DNA of 64,000 nucleotides from an uncultured Actinomycetota bacterium (GCA_963829975.1 CAWHKK010000015.1:3802-67801), one strand, 5' to 3'; positions 14,997-27,207 are shown, counted from the stretch's first letter. A program made the numbers and translations. Notes: generated by a model not told the origin, from the letters alone.

Positions 14997-16534
14997 ATGC
15001 GAAAGATGTGGGTGCCGGTCATCTCGTTGTCGTTGCTGGCCGCCGGAGTCGCGGCCGTGGTGGCGCCCAGCGCGGCCGGGCAGGAGATCCCGACCAGCCG
15101 CGGTGTCAACGAGCTCGACCAGCGCCGCGACCATGGGGAAGCGTCCGCCGCAGCTGCGCCGCAAAGGCCGCTGGCTGGTCGACAACCAGGGCCGGGTGGT
15201 GATCGTCCACGGGCTCAACCTCGTCTACAAGCGCAAGCCCTACGTGCCGCCCAACTCGGTGACCGGGTTCCGCCGGGCCGACGCCAACTGGCTGGCCCGC
15301 CACGGCTTCAACGGTGCCCGCATCGGCACCCTGTGGGCCGGCATCACCCCCGACGCGCCGGGCAAGGGCCGACAAGACCTACCTCGATCGCTGGCAGCGG
15401 GTGATGGACCTGCTCGCCGAGCGAGGGATCTGGATGCAGCTCGATGCCCACCAGGACCAGTGGCACGAGACCTACGGCGGCGAAGGCGTGCCCGACTGGG
15501 CGATGAAGCGCCCCGCGCCGTTCAACCTGCTGCCGCCGGCTGCCTGCGCCGTTCCCGCTCGGCTACTGGACGCCGGAGACCTCGACCGTGTTCGACGAGT
15601 TCTGGGCGAACAAGTACGGGCTTCTCGACGGCTGGGTCGCCGCCTGGAAGGTGGCGGCACGACGGTGGCAGGACCAGCCCTACCTGATGGGCTACGACCT
15701 GCTCAACGAGCCGTGGATGGGCACTGGAGTGGCTCAGCCTGCTTGACCGACGGCTGCCAGCCGTCGTACGTCAAAGAGCTGCAGCCGGCGATGGAGAAGG
15801 CCACCAGGGCGATCCGAGCCATCGACTCGAAGAACATCGTCTGGTGGGAGCCGCAGCAGTTCTCGGGAGGGCAGAAGCTCGACACCTACTACACCGCGAT
15901 GCCGGGTGAGCGCCAGCTGGGCTTGTCCTGGCACAGCTACTGCTTCGCGGTGTTCCTGGAGAGCCAGGGCCTGCCCGCGCTGCCGGGATACGACGTCGAC
16001 AGCTGCTGGGACTTCAGCCGGGACCGTCAGAAGCACGCGCTGGCCCAGGCGAGGCGGATGAACGCCGTTCCGATGATGTCCGAATGGGGTGCGACCGACA
16101 ACAACCTCGCCATCCACATCGACGCCGAGGTCGCCGACGACAACCTGATGGGCTGGACCCACTGGGCCTACAAGTTCTGGAACGACCCGACCACGGCCGA
16201 CAACGCGCAGGGGCTCTTCCGCAACGACCGCAAGTTCTCCTCGGCGAAGCAGGCAAGCTGCGCGAGCTGGTGCGCACCTACGCGCGGGCCACTGCCGGTA
16301 CGCCGCTGAGGATGAGGTTCGACACCACCAACGGTGACTTCAGATTCACCTACCGGCCAGACCGCCGGATCACGGCCCCGACCGAGATCTTCGTCAGCCC
16401 GCTCCACTATCCGCGCGGCTACATCGGTGCGCGTCGACCACGGTCGGATCGTGAAGCGCACCAAGCGCCTGATCTACGTGGAGCCGAGCTCCTCGCAGGT
16501 GGTGCGGGTGCGGGTCACCGCGCGGGAACGTTAG
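14997..16534 (+). CDS. Secreted GH5 endoglycoceramidase-like glycoside hydrolase
   Basis: Signal peptide; VDNQGRVVIVHGLNLVYK, LDAHQD, GYDLLNEP (acid/base), MSEWGAT (nucleophile), LVRTYARATAGTP, TEIFVSP. Confidence 0.85.
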
Positions 16535-16633
16535 GGCCAGCGCCGACGTTGGATCTCTCAGACGGGCCACTAGACTGGCCCTACCCGGTGAGCCATCAGG
16601 GAGATGGCCACCATCGGCCTCCAGGAGGAGACC

Positions 16634-17473
16634 ATGCAAAGCAACAATCCGGTGTTCCGTCGCTCGGAGGAGTTCAACCGCAGCGGCGCGAACGGCTACG
16701 GAAACCAGACCTACGGCTCCGACCCCGCCCAATGGGGCACCGGCATCCCCGGGCGCCCCCACCCAGGCCCCGTCTCCACGGGGCCGATGACGATCGACTC
16801 GGTCGTCCAGAAGACCGCGATCACGCTCGGCGTGGTGATCCTCGCGGCTGCCGCGACCTGGGTCCTGACGCCCGACATCACGAGCACGGACGCGACCTGG
16901 GCCCGCTCTATCACCGCGCTGACGTCGGCAGCCTGGGCGCCTTCGTGCTCTCGATGGTCAACTCGTTCAAGCGCGTGATCAGCCCTCCGCTGGTGCTGGC
17001 GTTCGCGGTGCTCGAGGGTGTTGCCCTGGGTGCGCTGAGCAAGCTCTTCGAGGCATGCGTTCCCGCAGGCTGAGGGCCTGGTCATCCAGGCCGTGGTCGG
17101 CACCTTCGCCGCCTTCGGTGGCACGCTCGCGGCCTACAAGTTCTTCAACATCCAGGTCGGCACCAAGTTCCGCAAGTTCGTGATCGCGGCCATGTTCGGC
17201 ATGATCGCGCTGAGCTTCTTCGAGATCGTGCTCGGCCTGTTCAGCGCCCAGCTCGGACTGTTCGGCTTCGGTGGCATGGGCCTGTTGTTCTCGGTCGTGG
17301 GTCTGGTGCTCGGCATCTTCATGCTGATCCTCGACTTCGACTTCGTCGAGCAGGGGATTGCGAACCAGATCCCCGAGGCGGAGTCGTGGCGCGCCGCCTT
17401 CGGTATGACCGTGAGCCTGGTCTGGATCTACACCAACCTGCTGCGCATCCTGGCGATCTTCAGCCAGGAGTAG
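16634..17473 (+). CDS. Bax inhibitor-1/YccA family membrane protein
   Basis: MQSNNPVF, MTIDSVVQKT, LILDFDFVEQGI, SWRAAFGMTVSLVWIYTNLLRIL. Confidence 0.9.
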
Positions 17474-17483
17474 GTGCTCGTCT

Positions 17484-17514
17484 GGCGGGTTCCCCGAGTG
17501 ATCGGGGGCCCGCC
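17484..17514. terminator. GC-rich hairpin between convergent genes
   Basis: GGCGGGTTCCCCGA-GTGA-TCGGGGGCCCGCC. Confidence 0.55.
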
Positions 17515-17541
17515 GACCGAGCGGGTTGGGTGGACCAGGAG

Positions 17542-18566
17542 CTACTTCTGAACCGGCTCCGCCTCGGACTCCGCGGGCGCCTGCGCGTCCGACTGCGGCC
17601 TGCGTCGGCGATGCCGGAGCTGGACCAGACGGCCGCGCAAGCCGCGGCCCTGCCCGTCCACCTCGGTGCCGTCGAGCTCGGTGCCTGGTCGCTTGACCGC
17701 CTGGACGGCGGCGCGAGCAACGGGTAGCACGCCTTCCCCGCGGTAGGCCTCCGGCAGGGCTTCGTCGTCGGGAGCCAGGCCCAGGCTGGCCAGCACCGAC
17801 GGCAGCATGACGCTGACCAACGACTTGTAGCCCGCCGCGGACGGGTGGAACTGGTCCGGGCCGAACAGCACTGCCGGCGCGGCCGCGAACTCCGGTCCCA
17901 GGATCGAGCCCAGGGAGACGGTCCGGCCACCTTGTTCGATCACCGCGATGGTCTGTGCGGCGGCGAGCTTCCGCGACCAGATCCGGGCCACCTGCTTGAG
18001 CGGAGGGGCGATCGGCTTGATCGTGCCGAGGTCGGGGCAGGTGCCGACGACCACGGAGACGCCGGCCTCGCGGAGCCGGCGGACGCCTTCGGAGAGGAGA
18101 CGCGCCGACTCCGGCACGGGCATCTTGTGAGTCACGTCGTTGCCGCCGATCAGGATGACCGCGACCTCGGGCTCGATCGGCAGGGCACGGTCGATCTGCT
18201 CGCGCAGCTGGGAGGAGCGGGCGCCTACCTTGCAGAACTCGCGCAGGTAGACCCGACGGCCGGAGTGCTCGGAGATGCCGCTGGCCAAGATGGCGCCAGG
18301 TGTCTCCTCGACGCGGTCGACTCCGTAGCCGGCAGCGCTCGAGTCGCCGAGCAGTGCGATCCGGATGGCCGGCCCAGGACGGCTCCGGCCGTACCAGCCG
18401 GTGGCGTCCGGGCGGCGGCTCCTCGCTGGCGTTGCCGATGGTCCTGCGGGCGAGCTTGGCCTCGGCGTTGAGCAGGCCGTAGAACCCGGCGCCCAGCAGC
18501 GACAGTCCGCCGACGCCTCCTGCAGCGGCGGCGGCGAGTCTTGCGTGCTGCCGCTGCCTTGGTCAC
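17542..18566 (-). CDS. SGNH/GDSL hydrolase
   Basis: IALLGDSSAAGYG, ILIGGNDVTH, GPDQFHPSAAGY; upstream of cbs as in other actinobacteria. Confidence 0.88.
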
Positions 18567-18609
18567 GACGCTGATCCTACGGAGGGTGCGGGGGCACTAG
18601 GGTCCGGGC

Positions 18610-18990
18610 ATGCCGAGTACCTCGATCGACACCCCCGCCCTGGTCGCCGGTGGCATCCGCCTCGCGTCCGGGATCTCCTTCCTGGTCGACCCGGTGCGGG
18701 CCAACAAGCTCTGGGGCGACCAGTCCGAGCCGGTCACCACGACCCGGCTGCTGCTGCGCTCGATGGGCTACCGCGACGCCCTCATCGGTGGACTGCTGGT
18801 GAGCGCCGCGCTGCGACGGCGCGACACCCGCGGCTGGTTCCTGGCCTCCGGCGGGGCCGACGCCGCCGACCTGCTCGGCGGGCTGAGCGTGCACCACGAA
18901 ATGACCCGCTCACAGCGAGCGATCGGCCTCGGTGGCGCGGCCGTCGGCATCGGCGTCGGGATCTGGGGTGCGAGCCGCAGGTCGGCATAG
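18610..18990 (+). CDS. Small membrane protein (DUF4267-like)
   Basis: GGIRLASGISFLVDP...MGYRDALIGGLL...ADAADLLG; intact ORF with leaderless-type start. Confidence 0.65.
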   Translation: MPSTSIDTPALVAGGIRLASGISFLVDPVRANKLWGDQSEPVTTTRLLLRSMGYRDALIGGLLVSAALRRRDTRGWFLASGGADAADLLGGLSVHHEMTRSQRAIGLGGAAVGIGVGIWGASRRSA

Positions 18991-18999
18991 GTTGGCTCC

Positions 19000-20405
19000 A
19001 TGCAGTACGTGAACTCGCTCCTCGACCTGATCGGCAACACCCCTCTGCTGCGGCTCTCGCCGCACGCTCGACCTGCCCGACGACGGGTCAGGTGAGAAGG
19101 GGCCGATGGTGCTGGCGAAGATCGAGTACCTCAACCCGGGCGGCTCCGTGAAGGACCGGATCGCGACCCGGATGATCGAGGCGGCCGAGGCCTCCGGCGA
19201 GCTGCAGCCGGGCGGCACGATCGTCGAGCCGACCTCGGGCAACACCGGCGTCGGACTGGCGATGGTGGCCCAGGCCAAGGGCTACCCCTGCATCTTCGTG
19301 TGCCCCGACAAGGTCAGCGAGGACAAGCGCAACGTGCTCAAGGCCTACGGCGCCGAGGTCGTCGTCTGCCCGACCGCGGTCGCTCCCGAGCACCCCGACT
19401 CCTACTACAACGTCTCCGACAAGCTGGCCTCGCAGCCCGGCGCCTGGAAGCCGGACCAGTACTCCAACCCCCACAATCCGCGCTCGCACTACGAGACCAC
19501 CGGTCCGGAGATCTGGGAGCAGACGGAGGGCAGGATCACCCACTTCGTGACCGGCATGGGCACCGGCGGCACCATCACCGGCGTCGGCCGCTACCTCAAG
19601 GAGCAGAACCCCGACATCAAGGTGATCGGCGCGGACCCGTCGGGCTCGGTCTACTCCGGCGGCACCGGGCCGTCCGTACCTGGTCGAGGGCGTGGGCGAG
19701 GACTTCTGGCCCGAGACCTACGACCGCGACATCGCCGACCGGGTGATCGAGGTCTCCGACGCCGACTCGTTCGCCTACACGCGTCGGCTGGCGCGCGAGG
19801 AGGCGCTGCTGGTGGGCGGATCCTCCGGCATGGCGGCGTACGCCGCGAAGCAGCTCGCCCTCGAGCTGGCCGGCACGCCCGAGGGCGACGACGCGGTGAT
19901 CGTGGTGCTGCTGCCCGACTCCGGCCGCGGCTACCTCACCAAGGTCTTCAACGACGACTGGCTGGCGCAGTACGGCTTCGCCTCGGGCAACGCCTCGACC
20001 TCGCGCAAGGTGGGCGAGGTGCTGCGCGGCAAGTCCGGTCGGCTGCCCGACCTGGTGCACACCCACCCCAACGAGACCATCGCGGAGGCGGTCGCGATCC
20101 TCCAGGAGTACGCCGTCTCGCAGATGCCCGTGGTCCGCGCCGAGCCGCCGATCGTGGCGGCGGAGGTGGCGGGCTCGGTCTCCGACCGCGCCCTGCTCGA
20201 CGCCCTGTTCGCCGGCAACGCCAAGCTCACCGACCGGGTCGAGGACCACATGTCCCCGCCGCTGCCGACGATCGGCTCGAGCGAGGACGCCCGCGACGCC
20301 GTCACCCTGCTCGAGGGCGCCGACGCCGTGCTGGTCCAGGAGGACGGCAAGCCCGTCGGCGTACTCACCCGGCAGGACCTGCTCGCCTTCCTCGCCCAGG
20401 CCTGA
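19000..20405 (+). CDS. cbs: Cystathionine beta-synthase with C-terminal CBS domains
   Basis: LDLIGNTPL, KIEYLNPGGSVKDRIA, EPTSGNTGVG, GMGTGGTITG, LPDSGRGYL, then a CBS pair. Confidence 0.95.
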
Positions 20406-20437
20406 GCGGACCTAGGCCGACGGCTGCATGCAAGAAT

Positions 20438-20451
20438 GAGAACAGGTTCTA
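20438..20451. promoter_or_regulatory. KstR-like operator
   Basis: GAGAACAGGTTCTA matches TnnAACnnGTTnnA except the first base; just upstream of the OB-fold/thiolase operon RBS. Confidence 0.5.
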
Positions 20452-20466
20452 GTTCGGAGGCTGTTG

Positions 20467-20930
20467 ATGACGCAGGCGACCCCCGCCGTGGAGGGCTGGT
20501 TCACGACCGGTGACGAGCCGGCGCTGCTCGGCTCGCGGTGCACGACGTGCACCACGGTCTACTTCCCGCCGACCGGGATCGACGGCGGTGGCTTCTGCCG
20601 CAACCCGGCCTGCGACGGCGAGGAGTTCGAGCAGGCGGAGCTGTCGCGGCGCGGCCGGATCTGGAGCTACACCGACGCGCAGTACCAGCCGCCGCCGCCG
20701 TACATCCCCGACCGCCGATCCCTACCAGCCGTTCGCGCTCGCCGCGGTCGAGCTGGCCGAGGGGATCGTGGTGCTCGGCCAGGTCGCGCACGGCTACGGC
20801 GTCGGTGACCTGAAGGTCGGCAACGAGGCCGAGCTGGTCGTCGAGACGCTCTACGCCGACGACGAGGGTGAGCGACACCATCTGGCGCTGGAAACCTGTC
20901 GTCGAGATGGGCGAGGAGGCCGACCAGTGA
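20467..20930 (+). CDS. Zn-ribbon/OB-fold protein (DUF35/ChsH2-like)
   Basis: LLGSRCTTCTTVYFPP..FCRNPAC, LSRRGRIWSYT, PFALAAVEL. Confidence 0.88.
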
Positions 20931-22120
20931 GCGCCAACGACGTCGCCGTCGCCGGGGTCGGCATGCACCCCTGGGGCAAGTGGGGCAAGAACTTCGTGAC
21001 CTACGGCGTCCACGCCGCCCGCGCGGCGCTGACCGACGCCGGCATCCCGTGGCAGGACGTCGACCTGATCGTCGGCGGCGAGACCGTGCGCAACGGCTAC
21101 GGCGGCTACGTCGCCGGCGCTACGTTCGCCCAGGCGCTGGGCTGGAACGGCGCCAGCGTCGCCACGTCGTACGCCGCCTGCGCGACCGGCGCCCAGGCCC
21201 TCGACACCGCCCGCGCCCGGATCCTTGCCGGCATGTGCGAGGTGGCGCTGGTGGTCGGCGCGGACACCACGCCCAAGGGCTTCCTGGCGCCCAACGCCGG
21301 CGAGCGCTGGGACGACCCCGACTGGCTGCGGTTCCGGCTGCTCGGCATGACCAACCCCGCCTACTTCGCGCTCTACGCCCGCCGCCGGATGGACCTCTAC
21401 GGCGCGACCCAGGAGGACTTCGCCCAGGTCAAGGTCAAGAACGCCCGGCACGGCCTGGCCAACCCCAACGCGCGCTACCGCAAGGAGGTCAGCGTCGACG
21501 ACGTGCTGGGCTCCGCGGTGGTCTCCGACCCGCTGCACCTGCTCGACATCTGCGCCACCTCCGACGGCGCGGCCGCGGTGGTGCTGACCAGCGTCGACTA
21601 CGCGAAGAGGCACGGCCTCGCGTCGCCCGGTGCGGGTCAGTGCGGTCTCGACCGTGACCCCGACCTTCCCGAACACGGTGATGGACATGCCGAACCTGTC
21701 CACCGACTCCTCTGCCGTCGCCGGCGAGCCGGAGCGGACGTTCAAGGAGTCGATCGCGCACGCGGCCTACGAGGAGGCCGGCATCGGCCCCGAGGACGTC
21801 AGCCTGGCCGAGGTCTACGACCTCTCCACCGCCCTCGAGCTCGACTGGATCGAGGACCTCGGCCTGTGCAAGCGCGGCGAGGCCGAGACCCTGCTCCGCG
21901 CCGGCGAGACCACCATCGGCGGCCGGATCCCGGTCAACCCGTCAGGCGGACTGGCCTGCTTCGGCGAGGCGGTGCCTGCGCAGGCGCTGGCCCAGGTCTG
22001 CGAGGTGACCTGGCAGCTGCGCGGCCAGGCCGAGGGTCGCCAGGTCGAGGGCGCGAAGGTCGGCATCACCGCCAACCAGGGCCTCTTCGGCCACGGCTCC
22101 TCCGTGCTGCTACGGTCTGA
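20927..22120 (+). CDS. Lipid-transfer protein / SCP2-type thiolase
   Basis: GVGMHPWGKWG, YAACATGAQA, DICATSDGAAAV, AEVYDLS, VNPSGGL. Confidence 0.9.
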   Translation: MSANDVAVAGVGMHPWGKWGKNFVTYGVHAARAALTDAGIPWQDVDLIVGGETVRNGYGGYVAGATFAQALGWNGASVATSYAACATGAQALDTARARILAGMCEVALVVGADTTPKGFLAPNAGERWDDPDWLRFRLLGMTNPAYFALYARRRMDLYGATQEDFAQVKVKNARHGLANPNARYRKEVSVDDVLGSAVVSDPLHLLDICATSDGAAAVVLTSVDYAKRHGLASPGAGQCGLDRDPDLPEHGDGHAEPVHRLLCRRRRAGADVQGVDRARGLRGGRHRPRGRQPGRGLRPLHRPRARLDRGPRPVQARRGRDPAPRRRDHHRRPDPGQPVRRTGLLRRGGACAGAGPGLRGDLAAARPGRGSPGRGREGRHHRQPGPLRPRLLRAATV

Positions 22121-22130
22121 GGGAGATCTG

Positions 22131-22933
22131 ATGTACGTCGACGTCGAACGGCCCGACCCGGCCGTCGCGCTGATCCGGCTGAACCGGCCGGAGCGGATGA
22201 ACGCGATGTCGTTCGACGTGATGGTGCCGTTCCGCGACGCCCTGCTGGCGGTCGGCGCCGACTCCTCGGTGCGGGCGGTCGTGGTCACCGGCGCCGGGTT
22301 CGGGATTCTGCTCGGGCGCCGACCAGGAGTCGGCGGGCACGCCGCCCGGGGTCGAGGGTCTTGCCTCCGCCGGCGTACGCGCTGCGGGCGATGCAGCTGC
22401 TCGAGGACGTCGTGCTGACCATGCGCCGGCTGCCTCAGCCGGTGATCGCGGCCATCAACGGCCCGGCCATCGGCGGCGGCCTGTGCCTCGCGCTCGCCTG
22501 CGACCTGCGGCTGGCCGCGCCGTCGGCGTACTTCCGGGCGGCGGGCATCAACAACGGACTGACCGCCAGCGAGCTCGGGCTGAGCTATCTGCTGCCGCGG
22601 GCGATCGGGTCGACCCGGGCCGCCGACCTGATGCTCACCGGTCGCGACATGCAGGCCGAGGAGGCCGAGCGCGCCGGCCTGGTCTCGTCGGTGGTCGACG
22701 ACGTCGTCGAAGCCGCCGTGGAGACCGGCCGCCGGATCGCCCGCCTCTCCCAGCCCGGCATCGAGCTGACCAAGAAGTCGCTGCAGGCCGGCATCGCCTC
22801 GTCGTCGCTGGAGACGCACATGACCTCGGAGGGTCTCGGCCAGCTCTACCTGCGCCTGCTCACCGACAACTTCGAGGAGGCGACCCTGGCCCGCAAGGAA
22901 GGCCGCCAGCCGGAGTTCCGCGACCGCCGCTAA
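22131..22933 (+). CDS. Enoyl-CoA hydratase/isomerase
   Basis: LNRPERMNAM, QPVIAAINGPAIGGGLCLALACDLR, ELGLSYLLPRAIG. Confidence 0.9.
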
Positions 22934-23739
22934 CCTCGCTGGCGCACGGCCTCGTAGACAACGACGGCAGCGGCGTTCGAGACGTTGAGCGAGTTGATCC
23001 GGCCGGCCATGGGCAGCCGGACCAGGTGGTCGGCCGCCGTCTTGAAGTCGCTGGTCACGCCCTCGTGCTCGGTGCCGACCACGAGCGCGACCGCCCCGGT
23101 CAGGTCGACGTCGGTGACGAGCTGGTCGGCCTCCGGGGTGGCGACCACGATCGCGATGCCGCGTCCGCGCAGCCAGGCGATGACCTCGTCGGTGGGCGCG
23201 TTGGCCACCGGCACGGCGAAGAGCGTGCCCTTGCTGGCCCGCACCACGTTGGGGTTGGCCCAGTCGGTCGACCGGCGACGCGGCGACGACCGCGTGCACC
23301 CCGGCTGCCTCGGCCGTGCGCAGCATGGCGCCGAGGTTGCCGGGCTTCTCGATGCCCTCGACCACCAGCACCAGGGCGTCGTCCGGCAGGTCGAGCGCGT
23401 CGAGGGTGCTGGTCGGGTCGGGCACCACGGCCAGGAAGCCGTCAGGGGAGTCGCGGTAGGAGACCTTCTCGTACGCCGCCCGGCTGAGCCGCACCACCTC
23501 GCTGCCTTGGTCGTCGATCCGGTCGACCAGGTCGCGGCGTCGGCGCGATCGGTCGTCATCAGCTCCGGACAGCAGAAGAGGGTGGTCGGCACGACGCCCA
23601 CGTCGACGGCCAGCGACAGCTCGTCGTAGCCCTCGACCACGGTCACCCCGGCCTCGGCCCGGCTCCGCCGCTTGTGCAGCGCCACCAGCGCCTTGAGCCG
23701 GGCGTTGCTCGGGCTGGTGATGTCGAGGGGCTCGGTCAC
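22930..23739 (-). CDS. TrmH/SpoU family RNA methyltransferase
   Basis: ITSPSNARLK, EKPGNLGAMLRTA, VGTEHEG, LPMAGRINSLNVS. Confidence 0.9.
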   Translation of the reverse strand: MTEPLDITSPSNARLKALVALHKRRSRAEAGVTVVEGYDELSLAVDVGVVPTTLFCCPELMTTDRADAATWSTGSTTKAARWCGSAGRRTRRSPTATPLTASWPWCPTRPAPSTRSTCRTTPWCWWSRASRSPATSAPCCARPRQPGCTRSSPRRRSTDWANPNVVRASKGTLFAVPVANAPTDEVIAWLRGRGIAIVVATPEADQLVTDVDLTGAVALVVGTEHEGVTSDFKTAADHLVRLPMAGRINSLNVSNAAAVVVYEAVRQRG

Positions 23740-23808
23740 GGTGCCCAACCTAGTGCGGCCGCCTCCACCCCTCGTCACGCTACCCGTGGCCGCGCCTAGT
23801 CTGAGCCG

Positions 23809-24605
23809 GTGCCCGCGCCCGCCCACGTCCTCGACCTGTTCGCGGTGCCGGGGCCGGGGGAGCCGGTGCCGGGCGGTCGAGGGGCACAGCTTGCGGGCCG
23901 GCGACCTGGTGCTGTCGCCTGGTCGCGACCCGCAGGTCAGCGCCTGGCTCAACCCGGTGCTGGCCCGACTGGCGGTTCGCCTGGACGAGCGGCCGGGCCG
24001 GCGGCCGCGCGACATCCGGATCGCGATGCCGGTGCCGGCCCGCAACGGCGAGTGGGTGGTCGACGGCTGGGGGGCCAGCCGCTACGAGCCGGGCACCACG
24101 GCCTGTCACGACGTCGACGTGCTGCTGGCGACGGGCCGGGTGCTGCACGCGGAGCTCGACTCCGCTGGTGCGGAGCCGGCCTGACGTGATCCGGCAGCGC
24201 ACCGACCGCTGGGCCGAGGCCGATCGTCTGGCGTTCGACCACCCCGACCGCATCCCGGCAGCGTCGCCGCTGGTCCGCCGCCTGGTCGACGAGCTGGTCG
24301 ACACCAGCATCGGCTCGGACCAGCTGGTGCACGGCGACCTGGCCGGCAACGTGTTGCTCGATGCCACGGGTGCACCGGTGGTGATCGACGTGGCGCCGTA
24401 CTGGCGTCCAGTGCGCTGGGCCGAGGCGGTCTGCGTGCTCGACGCGGTGGTGGACCTGGGGGCGCCGGTGGCGACGATGTCGCGGTTCGCCGGCGGCGAG
24501 CGAACGGCAGGCGATGCTGCGGGCGGCACTGTTCCGGCTGCTCAGCGACCGCGCCGCCCGAGGCCTGAGGCCTACGAGCGGGCGCTCTCACAGGTCGTCA
24601 GCTGA
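23809..24605 (+). CDS. Aminoglycoside phosphotransferase-like protein (TIGR02569-like)
   Basis: PAHVLDLFAV, PVPARNGEWVVDGW, QLVHGDLAGNVL, VIDVAPYWRP. Confidence 0.75.
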
Positions 24606-24963
24606 CGTCGCCGTCGACGTAGACCCACTTGCCGCGACGTTGCTCGAAGCGGCTCACCTCGTGTCGAGCGCCCGGCACGCCGGCCCGCTCGTACGACGCA
24701 ACGAACTCCACCGGTCGCCCTCGGCCGCGACGATGCGCAGACCGGTCCAGGTCAGGGTCGGGTCGGGCTCGATGTCGTCCGGTCGGGTGCGCGGGTGCCA
24801 GGTGCGGAAGACGTGGTCGAGGTCGCCAACGCATACGCCGCGTAGCGCGAACGCATCAGCTGTTCGGCGGTCTCGGCGAGCGCGGGCTGACGGTGCAGCG
24901 GACCGCAGCACGTGGCGTAGCTGTGCGTCCCGATCCGCACGGGCAATCGGCCGGCGGGATCAC
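24598..24963 (-). CDS. YchJ/SEC-C family protein
   Basis: CPCGSG..YATCCGPLH, TAEQLMRSRYAAY, TWHPRTRP, HEVSRFEQRRGKWVYVDG. Confidence 0.88.
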
Positions 24964-25801
24964 TCTTCGGGCCGCCGCCACTCGACCTGCCACAGCACGT
25001 GGCGGTCGGGCAGCCCCTTGAGCTCGACCTCGTCGCCCTCGATGGAGAAGCACGGCGGCGTCGTCGTCGAGGGCGTCGCGCACCGCGGTGCTGGCGAGCA
25101 CCTCGCCTCCTTCGGCGCACGCTGCGACGCGGGCCGCCATCGCGACGTTGCGGCCGAAGTAGTCGCCGTCGCGGGTCAGCACCCGCCCGGTGTGGATGCC
25201 GATCCGCACCTTGAGCGGGGCCAGCCACAGCCGGGGATCGCGGTTGCGACGCAGGTCCTTCTGGATGCCGAGCGCGGCCCGGCACGCAGCCTCGGCGTCG
25301 CGGAACGCGACCATGAAGCTGTCGCCTGCGGTCTTCACCACCTGACCGCGGTACTTCTCCACCCGGCCGCGCACGATGGCGTCGTGGCCGGCCAGCACGC
25401 GCAGCCAGGCCGCATCGCCGATCTTGTGGTTGAGCGCGGTGGAGTCCTCGATGTCGGAGAAGAACAGCGTGACGGTGCCGTCCTTCGCGGCGATGTTGAT
25501 GATGTCGGAGCGCTCCTCGGCCGCCCAACGGGTGAGGTCCTCCATCGAGGCCTGGAGGAGGCCCGCGACCCCGTGTTCGCGCACCCCGGCGACCGTGCGT
25601 ACCACCCGGGCCATCGCGCGTTCGGTGGGGCTGGAGGCCGGGGGCGGGCGCAGGGCCACCGCCAGGTCCTCCTCCAGGCGAAGCGTCGCGGCCTTGCTCG
25701 CCCGTAGTCGGAGCTGGGTGCGCAGCAGCAGCAGGACGGACGATCAGCAACCCAAGGGCGAGCACGCCGCAGACGATCGAGAGCGTCAGGATCACGGGCA
25801 C
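24960..25801 (-). CDS. Class III adenylate/guanylate cyclase with N-terminal TM helix
   Basis: VTLFFSDIEDST, VVKTAGDSFMVAF, VRIGIHTG, DYFGRNVAMAARV. Confidence 0.88.
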
Positions 25802-25804
25802 AGG

Positions 25805-27207
25805 CTAGGCGAGCGCGGACTTCGAGCGCGTCGAGCTCCTCACCGGAGTAGACGGCGATCCGCTGCAGGTGGGGGATCGAGTCGCGGCAACCGGTGTAGC
25901 CGATGTTGAACTCGCCGTCGTAGGAGACCGCCGTGATGTTCAGGGCCTGTCCGTTGAAGAGCAGGCTGACCGGGTAGATCTCCTCCATCGGCGACCCGTC
26001 CAGGTAGCGCGTCTCGGCCGGTCCGGGGACGTTGGAGATCACCAGGTTGGATGCCGGGCGACCTCGGCCGCCCATGCCGAGCACCGCCTGGCCGATGAAG
26101 GGCAGCATCAGTGCGCCGGTGTAGGCGTCCATCGCCCCTGACCCGACCTCGGGGAGCCGCTCCTTGCCCAGCTTCATCGAGGCCTTGATCGCCGCGATCC
26201 GCTCGACCGGGTCGGCAAGATCGACTCGCAGCCGTGCATAGAGGAACGTGATCGCGTTGCCGACGCTCGCACCGTGTCCCTCCTGCCGCACCGAGACCGG
26301 CACGTTGGCCGTGAGGTCGGCGCTCGGCATCGCGTCCTGCTCGACCAGGTAGCGGCGTAGCGCTCCACCGCAAAGGGTGAGGAAGACGTCGTTCAGGCTG
26401 GCGTCGGCTGCCTTGGCCACGTGCGCGCAGCCGCTCGATCGAGTAGTGCTGGGTCGCGAAGCGCCGAGGCGTGTGGATGCGGCCGTTGAAGATCGACTTG
26501 GGCGCTCGGTAGGGCACCGCCCGGTCCTCGTCGGCGCCCATCCCCGTGAAGCTCTCGGTGTAGGTGCGGGCCAGCGACCCGGCAACGGCGATCGAGCTGA
26601 GCACGCCGCCCCGGAGCCGGTCGCCGAGCCCGGTCGCTTCCGGTTCCACTTCCTGGCGCGCCTCCCGCAGCACCCCGGACTGGTCCGTGCCGCGGGTGCC
26701 GATCGCCCACGGCGGCATCATGTCGCGCGCGTCCGGGTCGACGGAGAGGATCCGCCGCAGCAACCTGATCCCGCCGACGCCGTCGACCTGCGAGTGGTGC
26801 GCCTTGATGTAGAGCGACCAGCGGTCCTCTTCCAGACCCTCGATCACGTGGCACTCCCACAGCGGGTAGCGCCGGTCGAGCATCGAGGAGTGCAGCCGGG
26901 AGACGAGCACTCCCAGCTCGCGTTGCGAGCCCGGCGCGGGCAGGGCGGAGTGGCGCAGGTGGTAGTCGAGGTCGATCTGGTCGCTCTCGAGCTCGACCCA
27001 GCTCGGCACCGGTAGCGACTTGTAGAGGTAGTTGAACGGCGGCGCGAACTCCTTGGTCTCGCGCCAACGACCGACCAGGTCGGCGACGAAGGTAGGTCGG
27101 TCCTCGGGCACCCGGAAGGTGGCGAGCATGCCGACCTGCATCGGCGTCCGGTGGCTGTCGGTGAACAGCCAGGCGGAGTCGTTCGTCTTCAGCAGCTTGC
27201 GGGCCAC
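25805..27207 (-). CDS. Wax ester synthase/diacylglycerol acyltransferase (WS/DGAT)
   Basis: TPMQVG, LDRRYPLWECHVIEGL, HHSQVDG catalytic motif, NLVISNVPGP, ALNITAVSY. Confidence 0.92.

Noticed and set aside
10682-16600. Integrative element at tRNA-Leu
   Set aside because: I found no integrase and no duplicated tRNA 3' end; the block may be accessory but is not demonstrably mobile.
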